64,000 nucleotides of DNA, taken from an uncultured bacterium. GTDB lineage: Bacteria > Patescibacteriota > Saccharimonadia > Saccharimonadales > Saccharimonadaceae. Location of the stretch: the NCBI GenBank assembly GCA_966095765.1, contig CBHTSZ010000002.1:32247-96246 (forward strand), in the 5' to 3' direction. The notes under the pieces were generated by a model. The model was not told the DNA's origin. It searched no databases and worked only from the letters and a program-made list of their open reading frames with translations. The translations under genes and the position numbers were made by a program. Shown piece by piece: positions 1-9,274 of this stretch (its first letter is position 1; every line of letters begins with the position of its first letter).

Positions 1-1
1 C

Positions 2-427
2 TTCTGGTGGTGGGATGACATGCTGCATACGCTGTCAGGTGTGATCCTGGGTGTCGTCGGTTTTCTTGCGGTGTATTTCCTGAACGCACGTTACCGTATG
101 ACGATCAGCCCGTTGTTCGTGGCGGTGTTTGCCTTTACATTTGCGATCACGATGGGTGTGGTGTGGGAGATTATCGAGTTTACGGCCGATGCACTGTTTC
201 GTACGCCGATGCAGCGCTGGAACTTGCCATCCGATGCGACGCTGATTGGCCGCGGTTATCAAGGGGTAGGGCTTCGTGACACGATGTCTGACCTCATCGT
301 CGCCGGCATCGGCTCGCTCGTCTCGTCAACCTTTGCGTATTTTGCTTTCAAGCACCGCAAAGCAACGGTGCTGAGCGCGATGCGACACACTGCTCGTCGG
401 CTCGGACATCGTCGGAAGAAACACTAA
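2..427 (+). CDS. integral membrane protein, 5' end cut by window edge (possibly YjdF/DUF2238-like)
   Basis: The frame is open from base 2 (FWWWDD precedes the first Met at 20). It has several hydrophobic helices and a basic tail RRLGHRRKKH. A hairpin follows at 440-475. Confidence 0.6.
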   Translation, partial: FWWWDDMLHTLSGVILGVVGFLAVYFLNARYRMTISPLFVAVFAFTFAITMGVVWEIIEFTADALFRTPMQRWNLPSDATLIGRGYQGVGLRDTMSDLIVAGIGSLVSSTFAYFAFKHRKATVLSAMRHTARRLGHRRKKH

Positions 428-430
428 GCC

Positions 431-480
431 AAAAGAAAACTCCCCGCTTGTCCACCGTGAGGTGGGGCGGGGAGAGTTCT
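431..480. terminator. bidirectional hairpin terminator
   Basis: ctccccgc (440-447) pairs with gcggggag (468-475), with an inner ccacc/ggtgg stem. T-rich runs flank it on both strands. It lies between convergent CDS ends. Confidence 0.6.
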
Positions 481-481
481 T

Positions 482-859
482 TCACGCGGTGCTGGGCTGC
501 TTCGAGAAGGTGAAGTAGGCCTGGTTGTCGCCGAAGTTGATCTGCTCGAGCATCTCGTCCTTGGGGCCGAAGCCGAACATCTCGAGGATCTCGGCGGCGG
601 CCATCGGCCCGCTACCGGTGTAGCCGCAGATCGGGGTGACGAAGTGCCACCCGCGCGGCTCCAGGCCGGTTCCCAGCTCGAAGTCGACCTCGTCCATCCA
701 GTAGAGGATGAGACCGTCGAAACGGTCGACCTCGGCTCGGTAGACCCGGCTGCCGTAGCGCTCGTGAACCTTGGCGGCGATCCGAAGGGCTTCGCCCGTG
801 TAGGTGTCTTCACCCTTGAGGACGCCGACGGTGGTCGCGCCCCGGAAACGTACTGCCAT
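482..859 (-). CDS. GC-rich hypothetical protein (cassette A, 125 aa)
   Basis: ATG at 859 is preceded by GGGAG (rc: gggagctgtcATGgca). GC is strongly enriched at third codon positions compared with neighbours. It has an AT-rich upstream region and a downstream terminator. I recognise no motif. Confidence 0.6.
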   Translation of the reverse strand: MAVRFRGATTVGVLKGEDTYTGEALRIAAKVHERYGSRVYRAEVDRFDGLILYWMDEVDFELGTGLEPRGWHFVTPICGYTGSGPMAAAEILEMFGFGPKDEMLEQINFGDNQAYFTFSKQPSTA

Positions 860-979
860 GACAGCTCCCAATCTGTAGAAGGTGCGGAAAGAACTTATAC
901 TATATTACCATAAAAACTATAAAAAGTAAATAGTTATGAAAATGCGACAAGATGCACGACGAACGTGTACAGTAGGAGT

Positions 980-1588
980 ATGAAACCACGACTATTTATC
1001 GAACAAAAGATCACAGCATTTGTGAACCAATACAAAGTCTTTGGCTCAGACGAAGCCGGTATGCAAGCTGGTCTTGTTGCTTTTGCCCAACAAAAACGCC
1101 TCGCTTTCAAAGAACAGGTGACGTTTTATACCGACGAGCAGAAAGCGACGACTGCGTTTACATTCCGGGCTGAAAAGGTCCTCGATGTCCATGGTCGGTA
1201 CTTGGTCGAAGATACGAGCGGAAACCTAGTCGGAATGTTCCGTAAAGACTTCAAACAGTCGCTCCTCAACAGCACCTGGATCGTGATGGATGCCCAGGGA
1301 AACGATCTGTTCAAGGTCAACGAGAGCAACTTTGCGCTCGCGTTCTTCCGCCGCTATGCAACGTGGATCCCGATCGTAGGCGACATCATCGAACTGGTGA
1401 CAGTGTTTTTGAAATACCACTTTGTCTTTACTGATATTGCCACCCAAGAAGCCATCGGTAAGTACCAGAAGACGACGCTGTTTCGTGACCACTACACGCT
1501 CCACATGACCGACGAAGCGTATGCAAAGTGCGACTGGCGAGTGCTCGCTGCGGTTGGTGTCGGACTTGACGCGCTCCAATCTCGATAA
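980..1588 (+). CDS. LURP-one-related / scramblase-like (tubby C-terminal-like, DUF567) protein
   Basis: Repeated beta-strand pattern (KITAF..YKVF..G...V.FAQQKRLAFKEQVTFYT..., RYLVEDTSGNLVGMFRK, WIVMDAQGNDLFKV) is typical of this family as I recall it. ATG at 980 follows TACAGT-aggagt. Confidence 0.45.
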   Translation: MKPRLFIEQKITAFVNQYKVFGSDEAGMQAGLVAFAQQKRLAFKEQVTFYTDEQKATTAFTFRAEKVLDVHGRYLVEDTSGNLVGMFRKDFKQSLLNSTWIVMDAQGNDLFKVNESNFALAFFRRYATWIPIVGDIIELVTVFLKYHFVFTDIATQEAIGKYQKTTLFRDHYTLHMTDEAYAKCDWRVLAAVGVGLDALQSR

Positions 1589-1630
1589 ACTCTTCTTTTC
1601 AAATCATAAAATAGTTGTACAGTAGTTCTT

Positions 1631-2200
1631 ATGGATACCGAAAAGGTACTGCCGAACGACATGCGCATCAACAGCTATGTCGAAGATTATCCCGAGGAGA
1701 TAAAGCTCGAGATCGATGAGGCACGCGAGAAGAACGTACTTTGCGACTTGCTAGATATTGACCTTGAGTTCGAAACGCTCGGTAATCTAAAGGTGCTTGC
1801 GTCGCTGGCAAATTCGCTCAATGAGCGATTCGTGAAGCAGGACGACGTTAAAGCGTACGAGTCGATGTATAGGGGCGTTGTCTTCGCCTACCAAATCACC
1901 CGCATCGTGCAAGGTGAGGAGGCGAACTTTGATGCCGGTGTTTACATCGGAAGTCTCCTCAAGCAGCCCGACAACTATGACCAGCTCATCCGCGACACGC
2001 AATTCTATCTCCAGGACAATGAACAGCTTTGTGATTTTTTGGGTGAGTACGTCGATGAACTCGATGGAGGTCGTGGCTATCCGCATCTGGCTGAACTCGC
2101 CAGTTCGGTTGTCTTTATGCTCTGTGAACGTTATCTCGCTGATAAATTCCTCGCCGAAACCTCAAAAAACGCAACCGTTGAAGCGTTCGAATCGCGCTAG
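1631..2200 (+). CDS. hypothetical acidic soluble protein (189 aa)
   Basis: Clean ORF with TACAGT 7 nt before the ATG. No recognisable motif. Confidence 0.6.
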   Translation: MDTEKVLPNDMRINSYVEDYPEEIKLEIDEAREKNVLCDLLDIDLEFETLGNLKVLASLANSLNERFVKQDDVKAYESMYRGVVFAYQITRIVQGEEANFDAGVYIGSLLKQPDNYDQLIRDTQFYLQDNEQLCDFLGEYVDELDGGRGYPHLAELASSVVFMLCERYLADKFLAETSKNATVEAFESR

Positions 2201-2252
2201 TCGCTAATTTTACAGCAGCATAATACTTACGCTCTTAGTACAATGAGAGACT

Positions 2253-3308
2253 ATGAGCGATGACACCCAAACCCTAGAGCGAACCAATCAAAACGAGCTT
2301 CCGGCAGACATCTTGCCGGAGCAGCAGGATGCCTATGAGCCAACTGACATCTTTCAGTGGGCTAACAACCTGGTTCAGTACAAGGGTGATCTAAACGTCG
2401 ATCTCTTTTTGTTTAACAAAAACGGCATCGTCTACCGTACAAGCCGCAGTAGCGACCTCGATAAGCAGATGGAACCGCTGTTTATCGATGAAATACTCGA
2501 GTATGTACTCGACGGCGCGGAGCGGGGGATGATCGTGCGCGGGTTTGAGGAGGCTGAAGCCGAAGCGGATGTACTGCAACGGACTCGCACCAAAAATGTC
2601 GAAAAGGCGGTGAATGTTCTGAACTGGATCAAGACCCAGGAACATGAGATGGAAATGTTCAGCGACGAGACCCATGACATCAAACGTATGAAAGGTGCGA
2701 TCGCCCGCGTTTCTCACGAGGGTATGGATACGTTCTACGTGATCAAACAGCTGCCGGCAGCACAGATGATGAGCGGCCGGGTCGGGTGGATGGTTCGTAA
2801 CGGCAAGTTTGTGCCGTTTGATGCTGAGGCTGCTATCCGTGTCCCCGAAGACAACCAGTTGCTCGTGGTCGGTGAAGACATGTTTGTCTTCTCGCAACCG
2901 AAGCTCAAGAGTTTGTTCGGTTACGATGCCAAGGAGTCATACATCGCCGACCAAAAGGTGAAAGAGATCGAAGCGCATTTCCGTCTTAGCTTTGCTGAGG
3001 GCCTCACGATCCAGAATCTCGTCAAGGGTCGCCGTTCAACCATCAAGAAGCTGCAAAAGATCGAGCCGACACTGATGACCCAGGAGCAGCTCCTCAACCA
3101 TGCCGAAGAAGTCGGGGTTGATCTCATGGAAGATGACTCGGGCGCGATCATTATCATGGACGAAAAAGACCTCGTCAAATTCGTCAACTTGCTCAACGAC
3201 GATTACATAGAGTCGCCAGTGACCGGTCTTCGGTACGAGATCAAGAGCAAGAAACCACTGCGCGAGCCAGAGAGCAAAGAAGACGATAGCTTACTGATCC
3301 AGCTTTAG
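2253..3308 (+). CDS. hypothetical protein (351 aa), tentatively DUF4868/KwaB-like
   Basis: Clean ORF with TACAAT 8 nt before the ATG. The family resemblance is a weak recollection of size and layout only, not a motif match. Confidence 0.6.
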   Translation: MSDDTQTLERTNQNELPADILPEQQDAYEPTDIFQWANNLVQYKGDLNVDLFLFNKNGIVYRTSRSSDLDKQMEPLFIDEILEYVLDGAERGMIVRGFEEAEAEADVLQRTRTKNVEKAVNVLNWIKTQEHEMEMFSDETHDIKRMKGAIARVSHEGMDTFYVIKQLPAAQMMSGRVGWMVRNGKFVPFDAEAAIRVPEDNQLLVVGEDMFVFSQPKLKSLFGYDAKESYIADQKVKEIEAHFRLSFAEGLTIQNLVKGRRSTIKKLQKIEPTLMTQEQLLNHAEEVGVDLMEDDSGAIIIMDEKDLVKFVNLLNDDYIESPVTGLRYEIKSKKPLREPESKEDDSLLIQL

Positions 3309-3320
3309 GGTTGAAGTGTA

Positions 3321-3369
3321 GGATAGTAGCTAAAAAGGCAGCATGTCGCTGCCTTTTTAGCTACTATCC
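3321..3369. terminator. 22-bp perfect-stem bidirectional terminator
   Basis: ggatagtagctaaaaaggcagc - atgtc - gctgcctttttagctactatcc. It lies between convergent CDS ends, with A/T runs inside the stem arms. Confidence 0.75.
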
Positions 3370-3375
3370 CAGGTA

Positions 3376-3615
3376 TTATTTGATGCCGAATTTATCTTTG
3401 GCAGCGTCAATGTCCTTGAGATCGGTTGAGCCGTCTTGGTTGACGTCGAGATCTTTTGCATCCAATTTGCCGTCGTCGTTACTGTCGATCTGTCCGAAGG
3501 CGATATTCTTCGCGTCATTCATGTCTAGTTTGCCGTCTTTGACGGCGTCGATGATATCGCCAGCATCTTTCTTCTTACCGCCTAACATGCCACCGAGTGA
3601 GTCAAATAATCCCAT
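3376..3615 (-). CDS. small EF-hand-type calcium-binding protein (79 aa)
   Basis: Two canonical 12-residue EF loops, DSNDDGKLDAKD and DVNQDGSTDLKD. SD AAGGAGG precedes the ATG. Confidence 0.7.
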   Translation of the reverse strand: MGLFDSLGGMLGGKKKDAGDIIDAVKDGKLDMNDAKNIAFGQIDSNDDGKLDAKDLDVNQDGSTDLKDIDAAKDKFGIK

Positions 3616-3692
3616 ATAACCTCCTTGTGTTTGTTCTATTATACTGCGGCGCTTTGCGTGGTATAGTAAAAATAATTTGATAAGGGGGAGTT

Positions 3693-4298
3693 ATGGCTAC
3701 TAAAGCACCGAAACCAGTTGAAGATGAGGCGAAGATCGAGAAAGAACGTGCAAGGAACGCAGAAGGCGGCTTCTTCCTCACTGCGGCTGTGTATATCCTG
3801 TCCCGTTTTCCGCTCACGAAAAACCGCTACCAGAACTGGACGAAAGGGCGCCGTATCCTCGTTGGTTGGCTGTTGTGGCTCATCGTTCTACCGATCATCC
3901 CGATCATTGCGATTATCGTCTGGTACTTGAATGACCCTGAAGGCTTCAAGAAGAGTCCATGGGCTAAGGCGCTGATCGCGGTAGCCATTGCTTGGGCGGG
4001 GTATGCTGGCCTGGTACTCACAGAGCCGTCGCAAGCCGATGTTAACGGCAAATATTCACCCGTTCAAACAGCTGCAGATGGCGAAACGAAGGTGGTAAAT
4101 ACAGACCCTGCTGCAATACCTAGCGAAGAAGCGAAACAGAAGGTGGCGGATAGAAAAGAGAGTGCCGCAAGTGGTGGTCGTCAGTTCGAAAACTGTACCG
4201 AAGCATTTGAAGTGGGCGTCTTTAATATCCGACGCAGTGACGATGCCTACCAAAACAAACTTGATCGTGACAATGACGGTATTGCCTGCGAACGCTAG
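3693..4298 (+). CDS. membrane protein with C-terminal Excalibur calcium-binding domain
   Basis: C-terminus is ...FENCTEAFEVGVFNIRRSDDAYQNKLDRDNDGIACE (Excalibur signature DRDNDGIACE). It has central TM helices. SD GGGGGAG. Confidence 0.75.
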   Translation: MATKAPKPVEDEAKIEKERARNAEGGFFLTAAVYILSRFPLTKNRYQNWTKGRRILVGWLLWLIVLPIIPIIAIIVWYLNDPEGFKKSPWAKALIAVAIAWAGYAGLVLTEPSQADVNGKYSPVQTAADGETKVVNTDPAAIPSEEAKQKVADRKESAASGGRQFENCTEAFEVGVFNIRRSDDAYQNKLDRDNDGIACER

Positions 4299-4310
4299 TA
4301 TAATAATCTG

Positions 4311-5426
4311 ATGAGTTCTCAAACAAAAACAGCTCAAATAAACCTAGACTTCTCACCGCTGACGCTCCCGGTAACCGAGGCGGATGTCGCTGCATACAAA
4401 CAGTATGTTGGTAAAGGTGGTTTCGCAAATGGCCTTGGGCTAGAGATCGCGATCGGTACGGTCTTTGGGCTGGTATTTGGTTTTAGTTTCATCATGCCGC
4501 TGGTTTTTGCTCTGCACGGTATTCTACGGCTAGGAGCAATCATCTTAATCATTCTCTGCATACCAGGAGCGATTTTCTTGATGCGCCTAGTCACTGCACA
4601 CTACAACAAAACACGAGCACGACTATTTAAGTTCGCTTCACGCAATAACATCAAATTCATCCAGAAACAGCAAGCAGACTACGCGGGTATGATCTTTAAC
4701 GAAGGTCATTCTCGTGAAGTAACTGAGGCATACGTTTTTGCTGATAGCACAGAGATAGGGAACTACAGGTATGTCACAGGTAGCGGTAAAAATCGCAGCG
4801 TGCATGACTGGGCATATGTCAAAGTCAAACTTCCGCGCAAGTTGCCGCACATGGTGCTTGATGCGAAAAGCAACAATATCTTCGGAAGGTTCTCTAACTT
4901 AACAGATATCTTTGATCGATCTCAGACGCTGAGTTTGGAGGGGAATTTTAACGATCACTTTACCCTCTATGCACCAAAGCAGTACGAGCAGGATGCGTTT
5001 TACGTCTTCACGCCTGACGTGATGGCTCGGCTCATCGACAGTGGAAGTGGGTTTGACATGGAGGTGGTTGACGACGAACTTTATATCTACCGTGGTAATC
5101 GTTTCGATATCGGTAGTGAAGCAGAACTACGCACGGTGCTTGGGATTGTTGACGCGATTAGCTCAGAGCTTAGAGAACAGACAGACTACTATGCTGACGA
5201 ACAGGTTGGTGATCGAGCCCAGAATATCATCGCCGCGCCCGGTGCTCGGCTCAAGCATGGCGTGAATTGGGTGGCAGTATGTATTGTTCTCGCGTTTTTG
5301 ATCTACTACACAAGCAACATGCTGTCTGCTGGATCGGTGTTCGCGGCAGTCCCAGGCTTTTTGCTGCTCGCGATACTGGTTGGGTCTGGCGTTGCGTCGA
5401 TAATCAAACGAATTGATAGGTCGTGA
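4311..5426 (+). CDS. hypothetical multi-pass membrane protein (371 aa)
   Basis: Two N-terminal and two C-terminal hydrophobic helices flank a soluble middle domain. TATAAT lies 6 nt before the ATG. Confidence 0.65.
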   Translation: MSSQTKTAQINLDFSPLTLPVTEADVAAYKQYVGKGGFANGLGLEIAIGTVFGLVFGFSFIMPLVFALHGILRLGAIILIILCIPGAIFLMRLVTAHYNKTRARLFKFASRNNIKFIQKQQADYAGMIFNEGHSREVTEAYVFADSTEIGNYRYVTGSGKNRSVHDWAYVKVKLPRKLPHMVLDAKSNNIFGRFSNLTDIFDRSQTLSLEGNFNDHFTLYAPKQYEQDAFYVFTPDVMARLIDSGSGFDMEVVDDELYIYRGNRFDIGSEAELRTVLGIVDAISSELREQTDYYADEQVGDRAQNIIAAPGARLKHGVNWVAVCIVLAFLIYYTSNMLSAGSVFAAVPGFLLLAILVGSGVASIIKRIDRS

Positions 5427-6247
5427 TGCTGAGGACTTTGTGGCATCGATACCTTCGTGTTCCATTTACGCTCCATGTGTATCGACAGTCGACCGTGCAA
5501 AATGCCCGTGCCACCCTCGTGTTTCTGCATGGGCTTGGCAACTCAGGACGAACCTGGGACGAGGTAGCAGCGAAGTTACCCGATGATCTCAATCTGGTGA
5601 TCGTTGATCTCCTCGGCTTCGGGGACTCACCGCAGCCAAACTGGGCAGTGTATGATGCTCGTACGCAGGCGAAATCCCTCGCAAAGACATTGCTTGCGAA
5701 CGGTGTGTTCGGTAAGGTCATTCTCGTTGGTCACTCGATGGGTGGACTGGTTGCGATCGAGTTTGCGAAACGTTTTCCGCTTCTCGTCGATTCGCTTGTT
5801 CTTTGTAGTCCGCCGCTCTATAACGTAGATCCGAGTGATGATAAAAAGCTGTTTGTGCAACGCGATGAACAGCTGAGGCGCCTCTACGAATTTGCTATCA
5901 AAAAGCCGGAGAATATCATCAAGGTTGCGAGCCTTGCAAAGCGTTATGGGCTTATGAACCCAGATTTTGACGTTCACGCTCTCAATATCGATGCGTACGT
6001 TGCGGCGCTTCGAGCAAACATCCTCGATCAAACCGCTATGGGTGACCTCGCCCGGCTTACGAAGCCGGTTAGCATCATCTACGGTACACTCGACCCGTTC
6101 GTGATCGGCTCGAATATCAAACGTGCTGATGAGGCGTCGCAGTATATACAGGTAACGAAATTTATCGGTGGCCACGAGATCGTCGGCTCCTATGTTGACC
6201 GCGTCGTCGAGTCGATTGATAAGCAGTTACGCTTTGATACCGTATAA
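5423..6247 (+). CDS. alpha/beta-fold hydrolase
   Basis: Nucleophile elbow VGHSMGG. HGLGNS oxyanion region. Start GTG/ATG overlaps the upstream stop. Confidence 0.8.
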   Translation: MMLRTLWHRYLRVPFTLHVYRQSTVQNARATLVFLHGLGNSGRTWDEVAAKLPDDLNLVIVDLLGFGDSPQPNWAVYDARTQAKSLAKTLLANGVFGKVILVGHSMGGLVAIEFAKRFPLLVDSLVLCSPPLYNVDPSDDKKLFVQRDEQLRRLYEFAIKKPENIIKVASLAKRYGLMNPDFDVHALNIDAYVAALRANILDQTAMGDLARLTKPVSIIYGTLDPFVIGSNIKRADEASQYIQVTKFIGGHEIVGSYVDRVVESIDKQLRFDTV

Positions 6248-6255
6248 TCGAACAA

Positions 6256-6681
6256 ATGACTATTTACTACACAGATGGTAGCGCGAGCCCAAACCCAGGA
6301 CCGGGCGGCTATGCCGTTATCAAAGACAAACAACCAGTAGCTCTCGGTACCGAACCAAGCGATGAAGTAACCACAAATATTCGCATGGAGGGGTTTGCGA
6401 TCATGGCAGCACTCAAACATGCAAATGGTGCAGAGTGTCAGATACATACCGACAGCGAGTTCTGGATCAACGTCATTACGAAATGGTCACTTGCATGGGA
6501 AGCGAACGGCTGGAAAAAGAAGGGTGGTGAGATCAAGAACCTGGATATTGTCCAGGAGGTCTGTCCACTGTTTCGAAAGAGCAAAGCGACGCTTGTATGG
6601 GTTCGCGGTCATAACGGCGACGAAGGTAACGAGCTTGCTGACGTTTGGGCGAATAAGGCCCGCGAAGGCGCCAGGGTTTAG
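6256..6681 (+). CDS. rnhA: ribonuclease HI
   Basis: YTDGSASPNPGPGGYA..., ...HTDSEF..., VWVRGHNGDEGNELAD are classic RNase H1 motifs. TATAAT lies 7 nt before the ATG. Confidence 0.85.
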   Translation: MTIYYTDGSASPNPGPGGYAVIKDKQPVALGTEPSDEVTTNIRMEGFAIMAALKHANGAECQIHTDSEFWINVITKWSLAWEANGWKKKGGEIKNLDIVQEVCPLFRKSKATLVWVRGHNGDEGNELADVWANKAREGARV

Positions 6682-6698
6682 GGCGATATAATAGAGTA

Positions 6699-8210
6699 AT
6701 GGATCAAGCGCTCGCACTCGAGATTCTTCATAACGGCCACAACGTTTTGCTTACGGGTCCTGCTGGTGCCGGTAAAACGTTTGTTTTGAACCAGTTTATT
6801 CGCCAGGCAAAAGCTGATGGCAAGCATGTATCCGTCACGGCGACGACTGGTCTTGCGGCAACGCATATCGGTGGCAATACGATCCATGCGTGGAGCGGTA
6901 TCGGTGTGAGTGATGAGTTGCAAGAGGATTTCGAAGACTACCTCCTCAAAAGCCGGCGCGATATCATCGAAACAACCGATGTTCTCGTGATCGATGAGAT
7001 TTCGATGCTGCATGACTACCGACTCGACATGGTGGATACGGTAGCGCGTACGGTTCGAGATGACCCACGGCCGTTTGGTGGTATTCAGGTGGTGCTTTGT
7101 GGTGACTTCTTTCAGCTGCCGCCGGTCAATCGTGATGACAGTCGTCAAGGTGGTTTCGTGACGAATTCAAGCGCATGGCAGGAGCTCGACCTCGTTATCT
7201 GCTATCTCAACGAACAGCACCGTCAAGATGATCCGGTGTTCCTCGAAATTCTTAACGCGCTTCGTAGCGGTGATATCCGTCGCCGACATGCCGAGGCTCT
7301 GATGGAGCGTATCGATACGCATCTCGAAGACGACAATATCACTGAGCTGCATACGACCAATATCGATGTTGAGTCGATCAATCATGGACGGCTCAATGAG
7401 CTGAAGGACAAGACGTACTACTACGACATGGTGACGACCGGCAGCGAAAATTACGTTGCCTCGCTCAAGCGTTCCTGCCTCGCGATGGAACGGTTAGCGC
7501 TCAAGCCTGGTGCGCTTGTTATGGCGATAAAAAACAGCTCCGAGCGCAAGTATGTGAACGGTAGTTTGGGTGTGGTTGTTGGTTTTGAAAAGGGAACGGA
7601 CTATCCGGTTGTTGAGTTTCGAAACGGCAAGACGGTGACCATGAAGCCGGATAGCTGGGAGCTTCGTGATGGTGATAAGAAGCGCGCCGGCCTCAGCCAG
7701 ATACCTCTCCGGCTCGCCTGGGCGATTACAGTACACAAATCCCAGGGTATGACGCTCGATGCGGCGCGTATCGATCTGAGAAAGGCATTTGTCGAAGGCA
7801 TGGGATATGTGGCGTTGTCTCGTGTGAAGCGGCTCGAGAGCCTTAGTCTACTTGGCATCAACCGTATGGCGCTCAAGGTAAGCTCAGAAGCACTTGCCAT
7901 CGACGGTGAGCTGCGAAAACGTTCAGCAAGTGCTGCGAAAAAGTATGAACCGCTTCGTGCAAAAGCTGGTGAACGTCTCAAGAAGCAGGAGAAGAAACAG
8001 GCAAGCGACTGGAGCGACCGGCTCGCTAAAATGCGCGAAAAACATCCGAATGCCTACAAGCCATGGCAGGCTGCAGATGATGCGCTGCTAAGCGAACGTT
8101 TCCAGAATGGCGATGATCTCAAGACTATGTCTGAGCTGCTCGGACGTCACGAAAAGTCCATCGTCATGCGCATCCAAAAACTCTTCGGTGAAGATGCCGT
8201 GAGCGTGTAG
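6699..8210 (+). CDS. PIF1/RecD-family ATP-dependent DNA helicase
   Basis: Walker A GPAGAGKT, Walker B VLVIDEISML, C-terminal AWAITVHKSQGMTLD motif. TATAAT lies 6 nt before the ATG. Confidence 0.85.
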   Translation: MDQALALEILHNGHNVLLTGPAGAGKTFVLNQFIRQAKADGKHVSVTATTGLAATHIGGNTIHAWSGIGVSDELQEDFEDYLLKSRRDIIETTDVLVIDEISMLHDYRLDMVDTVARTVRDDPRPFGGIQVVLCGDFFQLPPVNRDDSRQGGFVTNSSAWQELDLVICYLNEQHRQDDPVFLEILNALRSGDIRRRHAEALMERIDTHLEDDNITELHTTNIDVESINHGRLNELKDKTYYYDMVTTGSENYVASLKRSCLAMERLALKPGALVMAIKNSSERKYVNGSLGVVVGFEKGTDYPVVEFRNGKTVTMKPDSWELRDGDKKRAGLSQIPLRLAWAITVHKSQGMTLDAARIDLRKAFVEGMGYVALSRVKRLESLSLLGINRMALKVSSEALAIDGELRKRSASAAKKYEPLRAKAGERLKKQEKKQASDWSDRLAKMREKHPNAYKPWQAADDALLSERFQNGDDLKTMSELLGRHEKSIVMRIQKLFGEDAVSV

Positions 8211-8265
8211 TTCTTATGGTATGATTGAAATAACGAAATAAGTGTAGGAGTGAGGGAGATACTCG

Positions 8266-8754
8266 ATGGAAAGTACCCAGGGACAAGTTTCTAATGCTGC
8301 AAGCAAAAGTAAAGTAAAGAAAAACAAGCAGAAGCTGATCGCATTGGTTGTAGGTGTGATCGTAGCTGTAGCTGTTATTGTCCTCAGCGGCTGGTTTCTT
8401 TCTCGATCAAGCACTGCGGCAACGATCGACAGCAGCAAGTACCAGGCAGTCTTTTTTACAAATGGCCAGGTTTACTTCGGTAAGCTGCAACCGGTAAACG
8501 CAAGCTACTTCAAGCTGACTGATGTCTTTTACATCCAGGCTCAGGAAGCAGAGTCTGAGAAGGCCGAGTCAGAAAACCCGCAACAGACTTCCAACCAGTC
8601 AACCGATATCCGTCTCATCAAGCTCGGTAGCGAAGTTCATGGACCTGACGACGAGATGATTATCAGCAAAGACCAAGTCCTCTTCTTTGAAAACCTCAAG
8701 AAAGACGGCAAGGTCTCTGACTCGATCACCAAGTACAACGCGCAAAAGAAGTAA
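8266..8754 (+). CDS. membrane-anchored hypothetical protein
   Basis: SD GAGGGAG. Lys-rich N-terminus followed by a single TM (LIALVVGVIVAVAVIVLSGWF). Confidence 0.6.
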   Translation: MESTQGQVSNAASKSKVKKNKQKLIALVVGVIVAVAVIVLSGWFLSRSSTAATIDSSKYQAVFFTNGQVYFGKLQPVNASYFKLTDVFYIQAQEAESEKAESENPQQTSNQSTDIRLIKLGSEVHGPDDEMIISKDQVLFFENLKKDGKVSDSITKYNAQKK

Positions 8755-8772
8755 CCTAAGCTTCTGGCGTTT

Positions 8773-9267
8773 ATGAACCGTATCGTCAAAAAAACTCTCA
8801 AAGTTACCGCTGTAGCGGTAACTTTGTTATTTGTGCTCGTTGCTGCCGGGGTTGGCTACACCTGGTATATGAGCCAGTACGACGAGAATCCTCAGGCGAT
8901 CCAGCCGGCTGTAGCTCCGCGGGGCGGCATACAGAACACAACCCGTCCTAAAATACCTGACACTGCTTCGATAGGTGTTTCGGTCCAGAGCATTACTTCA
9001 CCTGTTGTTCCGGGATCGAACGCAAGTATTATGGTCAAAACAAACCCTGAAGCCAGCTGTACGGTCTCTGTGGTGTACGATAAGACGCCGAGCAAAGACT
9101 CAGGTCTCGTTGAGAAAAAGGCTGATGAATATGGTCTCGTTGAATGGACGTGGACGGTGGAAAGTACGGCGCCGCTCGGCAACTGGCCAGTGAAGGTCAC
9201 CTGCGCCAACAAGAAGAACAGCGCAGTTGTTCAGAACGACCTGCGGGTTGTAAAGACACTCGAGTAA
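8773..9267 (+). CDS. membrane-anchored Ig-like/beta-sandwich protein
   Basis: N-terminal TM, then a beta-rich domain with a Cys pair (ASCTVSV...VKVTCAN). Confidence 0.55.
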   Translation: MNRIVKKTLKVTAVAVTLLFVLVAAGVGYTWYMSQYDENPQAIQPAVAPRGGIQNTTRPKIPDTASIGVSVQSITSPVVPGSNASIMVKTNPEASCTVSVVYDKTPSKDSGLVEKKADEYGLVEWTWTVESTAPLGNWPVKVTCANKKNSAVVQNDLRVVKTLE

Positions 9268-9274
9268 TCAAATG

